From the NCBI GenBank assembly GCA_963716725.1, contig CAVQUB010000012.1, positions 279,469-343,468 on the forward strand: a stretch of 64,000 bases of DNA, written 5' to 3'. The first letter of the stretch is position 1; each line of letters opens with the position of its first letter. The DNA is from an uncultured delta proteobacterium (GTDB lineage Bacteria > Myxococcota_A > Polyangia > Polyangiales > Polyangiaceae). A model generated the notes under the pieces. That model was not told the DNA's origin. It did not search any database and saw only the letters and a program-made list of their open reading frames with translations. A program made the translations under genes and the position numbers. This document shows, one piece after another, positions 60,183-64,000 of this stretch.

Positions 60183-61477
60183 CTACCGATACGCCTGCGG
60201 CACATAGTGCGGCAGCAATTGCGGCGGCAAAGCAGCGGCTCCAGCCGCGCAAAGCGCTGCAGGCCGTTCACCAGCGGGACGCTGGGCCAGTCCTCGCCGA
60301 TCAGCGGGCGCGCATAGGCGACAAACTCGTCGGTCACGTCGGTGCCGGTCGGGCGTGATCCACGCGGCCGGGAAGGTGCGCTCCGAGTTGGCCACCAGCT
60401 CCAGCGGCACCTTGTCATAGCGCACGTGTAGATCGGCGCCCGGCTCGCGCAGGATGGTGGACATGTAGCCCGACTCGCCGCTCGGCGGCCAGCAGGGCCG
60501 CCTTTTGGCCCACCGCATAGGCCTCGTCCAGGTCGACGGTCGAGGCGTAGGCGATGTCGTGGCGCTGGTCGGTGCCCGGCACGTTGGCGCGCGCTGCCCC
60601 GCGGCCGCCAGCCCCACGCTCGTTCAGATAGTTGACCACCATCTGCGCCACGGTGGTCTCGCTGGCCGAGAACTGGGTGTGGCCGAACGAGTCCTTGAGC
60701 TCGCCCATGTCGCCCAGCTCGAGCCCCTCGCTGACCACCACCACGGCGCGCCCGCGCTCCCGCAGCATGTCGTTGACCTGGTCGGCCACCTCGGCGCAGC
60801 GTCGACGCCCGCCTCGGCCAGGAAGATCAGCAGCGGCATCTCGCGCTCGGGTCGGCCAGGCGCGCCGCCGCCGGGATAAAGCCGATGCGCCGGCCCATCG
60901 CCTGCAGGACCAGCACCGGATCGGCCGGGCAGGAGCCGCGGTTCTCCTCGTTGGCGTTCTGCACCATGTAGCGCCCAGTAGCGCGCCACGCTGCCGTAGC
61001 CGGGCGTGTGGTCGATCAGCTTGAACTCGCGTGTCGCCCACGTCGTTGTCGATCGTCTTGGGCACGCCGACGGCGACCAGGTCCAGGCCCCGCTGCGCGG
61101 CCAGCTGGGCGATCTTGTGGGCGGTGTCCATCGAGTCGTTGCCGCCGTTGTAGAGGAAATAGCCGACGTCGTGCGCCTTGAACACGTCGATCACGCGCTC
61201 GAAATCCTCGGCGTTGCTCTGCGCGCAGCTTGTAGCGGCAGGTGCCGATGGCGCCGGCCGCCGGCGTGACGCGCAGCAGGGCGATCTCCTCCGCGCTCTG
61301 GGCCGAGAGGTCGAGCAGCTCCTCCTTGAGCACGCCCTCGATGCCGTGCTAGCCGGCATAGACCGTGCCAAACGTCTCGGGCAGCGCGCGGCAGGTCTCG
61401 ACCACGCCGCGCAGCGAGCTGTTGATCACCGGCGACGGCCCGCCGGACTGGGCGACGACCACGTTCTGTTTCGTCAT
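60183..61477 (-). CDS. pfp: Pyrophosphate-dependent 6-phosphofructokinase (many frameshifts)
   Basis: AQSGGPSPVIN, GTCRYKL, NGGNDSMDTA (Asp indicates PPi type), PKTIDND, VVSEG; GGAGG RBS. Confidence 0.85.
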
Positions 61478-61604
61478 CAGTCTTCCTCCATGATCGCCGG
61501 TGAAGCTGCGGCGTGCAGCCAGCCCTGGTGAACTCACCGGCTCTGCGTGAGCCTCGCGCTTGCGTGAAGCGGCACCTCTCGAGGTCCGCAGCCGTGCGAC
61601 CCGG

Positions 61605-63020
61605 CTACCGATCCCACTCGGTGTGGAAGCTGCCCTCCTTGTCGACGCGCCGATAGGTGTGCGCGCCGAAATAGTCGCGCTGGGCCTGGGTCAGGTTGGC
61701 CGGCAGCCGCGCGGTGCGGTAGGCGTCAAAGTAGGCCAGCGCCGAGCTAAAGGCCAGGCAGGGGATGCCCAGGCCTGACGGCCGTGCTGCACCACGCGCC
61801 GCAGCGCGGCCTGGCGCTGAGGAATCGCCTCCTTGAAGTAGGGGTCCAGCAGCAGGTTGGTCAGCTCTGGGTTGCGCTCAAAGGCCGCGGTGATGTCGTT
61901 CAGGAAGCGGGCGCGGATGATGCAGCCGCCGCGCCAGAGCTTGGCGATCTCGCCCAAGTTCAGATCATAGTCGTACTCCTCGGAGGCGGCCTTGAGCAGC
62001 GCCATGCCCTGGGCGTAGGAGCAGATCTTGGCGGCATAGAGCGCCTCGCGCACGTCCTCGATGAGCTGGTCGCGGTCGCCCTCGAAGGCGATCTCGCGGC
62101 CCGCTCAGCACCTTGCTGGCCGCCACGCGCTCGTCCTTGTAGGCCGAGATGATGCGCGAGTTCGACCGCGGCGTTGATGGTCTGGGATCGGCGCGCCCAT
62201 GTCCAGCGCGTCCTGCGAGGTCCACTTGCCGGTGCCCTTTTGCTGCGCCTCGTCCAGGATCACGTCCACCAGCGGCTTGCCGGTCTCGGGATCGTACTTG
62301 GCAAAGATGTCGCGCGTGATCTCGATCAGGTACGATTGCAGCTCGCCCTCGTTCCACTCGGCAAAGATCTCGTGCAGCTCCTCGGCCGAGAGGTCCAGCG
62401 CGCGGTGCATGATGTCGTAGGACTCGGCGATGAGCTGCATGTCGCCGTACTCGATGCCGTTGTGCACCATCTTGACATAGTGGCCGGCGCCGCGCGGCCC
62501 GAGATAGGTCACGCACGGCTCGCCCTCAGCCTTGGCGGCGATGGCGGTGAGGATCGGCTCGACCATCGGCATAGGCCTCGGGCTGGCCGCCGGGCATGAT
62601 GGCCGGGCCCCAGAGCGCGCCCTCCTCGCCGCCGGAGACGCCGGTGCCGATATAGTTGATGTCCTCCTTGGCCAGCGCGACGGCGCGCCGCTCGGTGTCC
62701 TTGTAGAACGAGTTGCCGCCGTCGATGATCAGGTCGCCCTCGTCCAGCAGCGGCTTGAGCTGGGCGATGGTCTCGTCCACCGGCGCGCCCGCCTGACCAT
62801 GAGCATGACGCGTGCGCGGCGATTCCAGGGAGTCGACCAGCTCTTCCAGCGTGTAGCAGCCCTTGATCTTTTTGCCCGCGGCCTCGCCCTCGATGAACTC
62901 TTGCGTGCGCGCGGCGGTGCGGTTGTAGACCGCCACCGGAAAGCCGTTGCGCTCGATGTTGAGCACCAGGTTCTGGCCCATGACGGCCAGGCCGATCAGT
63001 CCAAACTGGTATTTCTCCAT
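61605..63020 (-). CDS. gnd: 6-phosphogluconate dehydrogenase, NADP-dependent (many frameshifts)
   Basis: [66 protein letters not shown]. Confidence 0.93.
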
Positions 63021-63032
63021 GCGTCTCGCTCC

Positions 63033-64000
63033 TTATGGTCGTTCTGCTCTCCAGACGATAGAGCAGCTCGCCGGCGCGCGGGACGACCAGGATGCCCTCG
63101 TCCTCGCGGCCCATCCACTCCTCGAGGTCGATCGTGTCCGGGTCCATGTAGCCCAGGTTGATCCTGCTCGCAGCGCTCCTTGGGCACGCCGGTGGCCAGG
63201 ACCACCTTGACGCGCGGCTTTTCCACGCCGTCCACATAGGTGCCCGCGCCCTTGACGTGGGTGGCAGTGGGCCATCACGCCGCGTGGCTCGTCTTCGTAG
63301 CGCGTCCATGTGGGCCAGGAAATAGTCGCGCACGTGGTAGCCGATGCGGTCCAGCATCTCGCCGTGGGTGTAGGACACCTCGTCGATGTGCGGCGCATAG
63401 ATGATCACGCGTGCCGCCATCGGCCACCACCGGCTCGAGCTTGTACATGCCCTTGCCGGCGGTCCAGATGTCGTCGTACAGCTCGGGCATGACCGAGAGG
63501 ACCGTCTTGTACGGCTTGGTCGACGTAGGTGATGTTGACCTGCGCCGAGAGCTCGCGGCCGCAGCCGCTGGCCTCCTCGGGCGAGCCAAAGTAGAGGCCG
63601 GCCAGGTCGTGGTGGCCCTTGACCACCATGCTAAAGCAGGACTTGGGCACGTCGATCATGCTGGCGGCGCGATCGATGCACGGCGCGCACCGGCGTGTCC
63701 TCGATGCCGATGGTCTTGACGTTGGTGATCACGGCGCCCAGCCAGTGGGTCAAGTTGATCACGTCGGGGCCGCTGACGCCGGGGAAGAAGTACTTGTTGC
63801 CGCCGGAAAAGCCCGCGATCTCGTGCGGAAACACGGGCCCGCAGATGATCACCTGGTCATAGTCCAACAGGCGCTTGTTCATCTGTACGTCGCACATCCT
63901 CGTCCATCAGCCCGCCGCTCAGTTCGCGGATCTCGCCGGCCGGGATGGTGCCCAGCATCGTGAGCCCCTCCTGCCAGTTGTGGTTGAGCAGGCCCACGTC
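63033..64000 (-). CDS. LarA-family nickel-pincer (NPN) racemase/epimerase, 3' part (frameshifted; 5' end outside window)
   Basis: GPVFPHEIAGFSGGNKYFFPG matches the LarA PH..AGFSGG.K...PG motif; YDDIWTAGKGMYK; end approximate. Confidence 0.75.

Overview
Positions 1 to ~57,898 read as a gene-dense, very GC-rich chromosome segment of a myxobacterium (Polyangiaceae/Sorangiineae-like). The taxon is inferred from a MYXO-CTERM tail, CglF-like and AgmX-like proteins, a Ser/Thr kinase operon, Cys/Gly-rich lipoproteins and a TonB_C-fused TonB-dependent receptor. This segment holds about 60 CDS: pgi, miaE, gluQ, ppa, greB, an RlmD-like methyltransferase, many lipid/CoA enzymes, two ECF sigma factors, two peptide-type MFS transporters and many orphan lipoproteins. 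At ~57,898 two divergent genes are each cut mid-sequence and joined head-to-head. The last ~6.1 kb has a different style and many frameshifts (beta-helix fragment, amidohydrolase, PPi-PFK, gnd, LarA-like), so the window is most likely chimeric. I found no rRNA, tRNA, CRISPR array, transposase or integrase. No clearly new system can be proven from sequence alone. The best leads are a small lipoprotein with five C-L-S repeats, a membrane-anchored one-component ECF sigma, a LarA-homologue/gnd/pfp sugar-acid operon, an NlpC/P60 hydrolase with a coupled partner lipoprotein, and tandem 6-Cys lipoproteins beside a CglF-like gene. All product calls come from motif recognition by eye; no database search was run.
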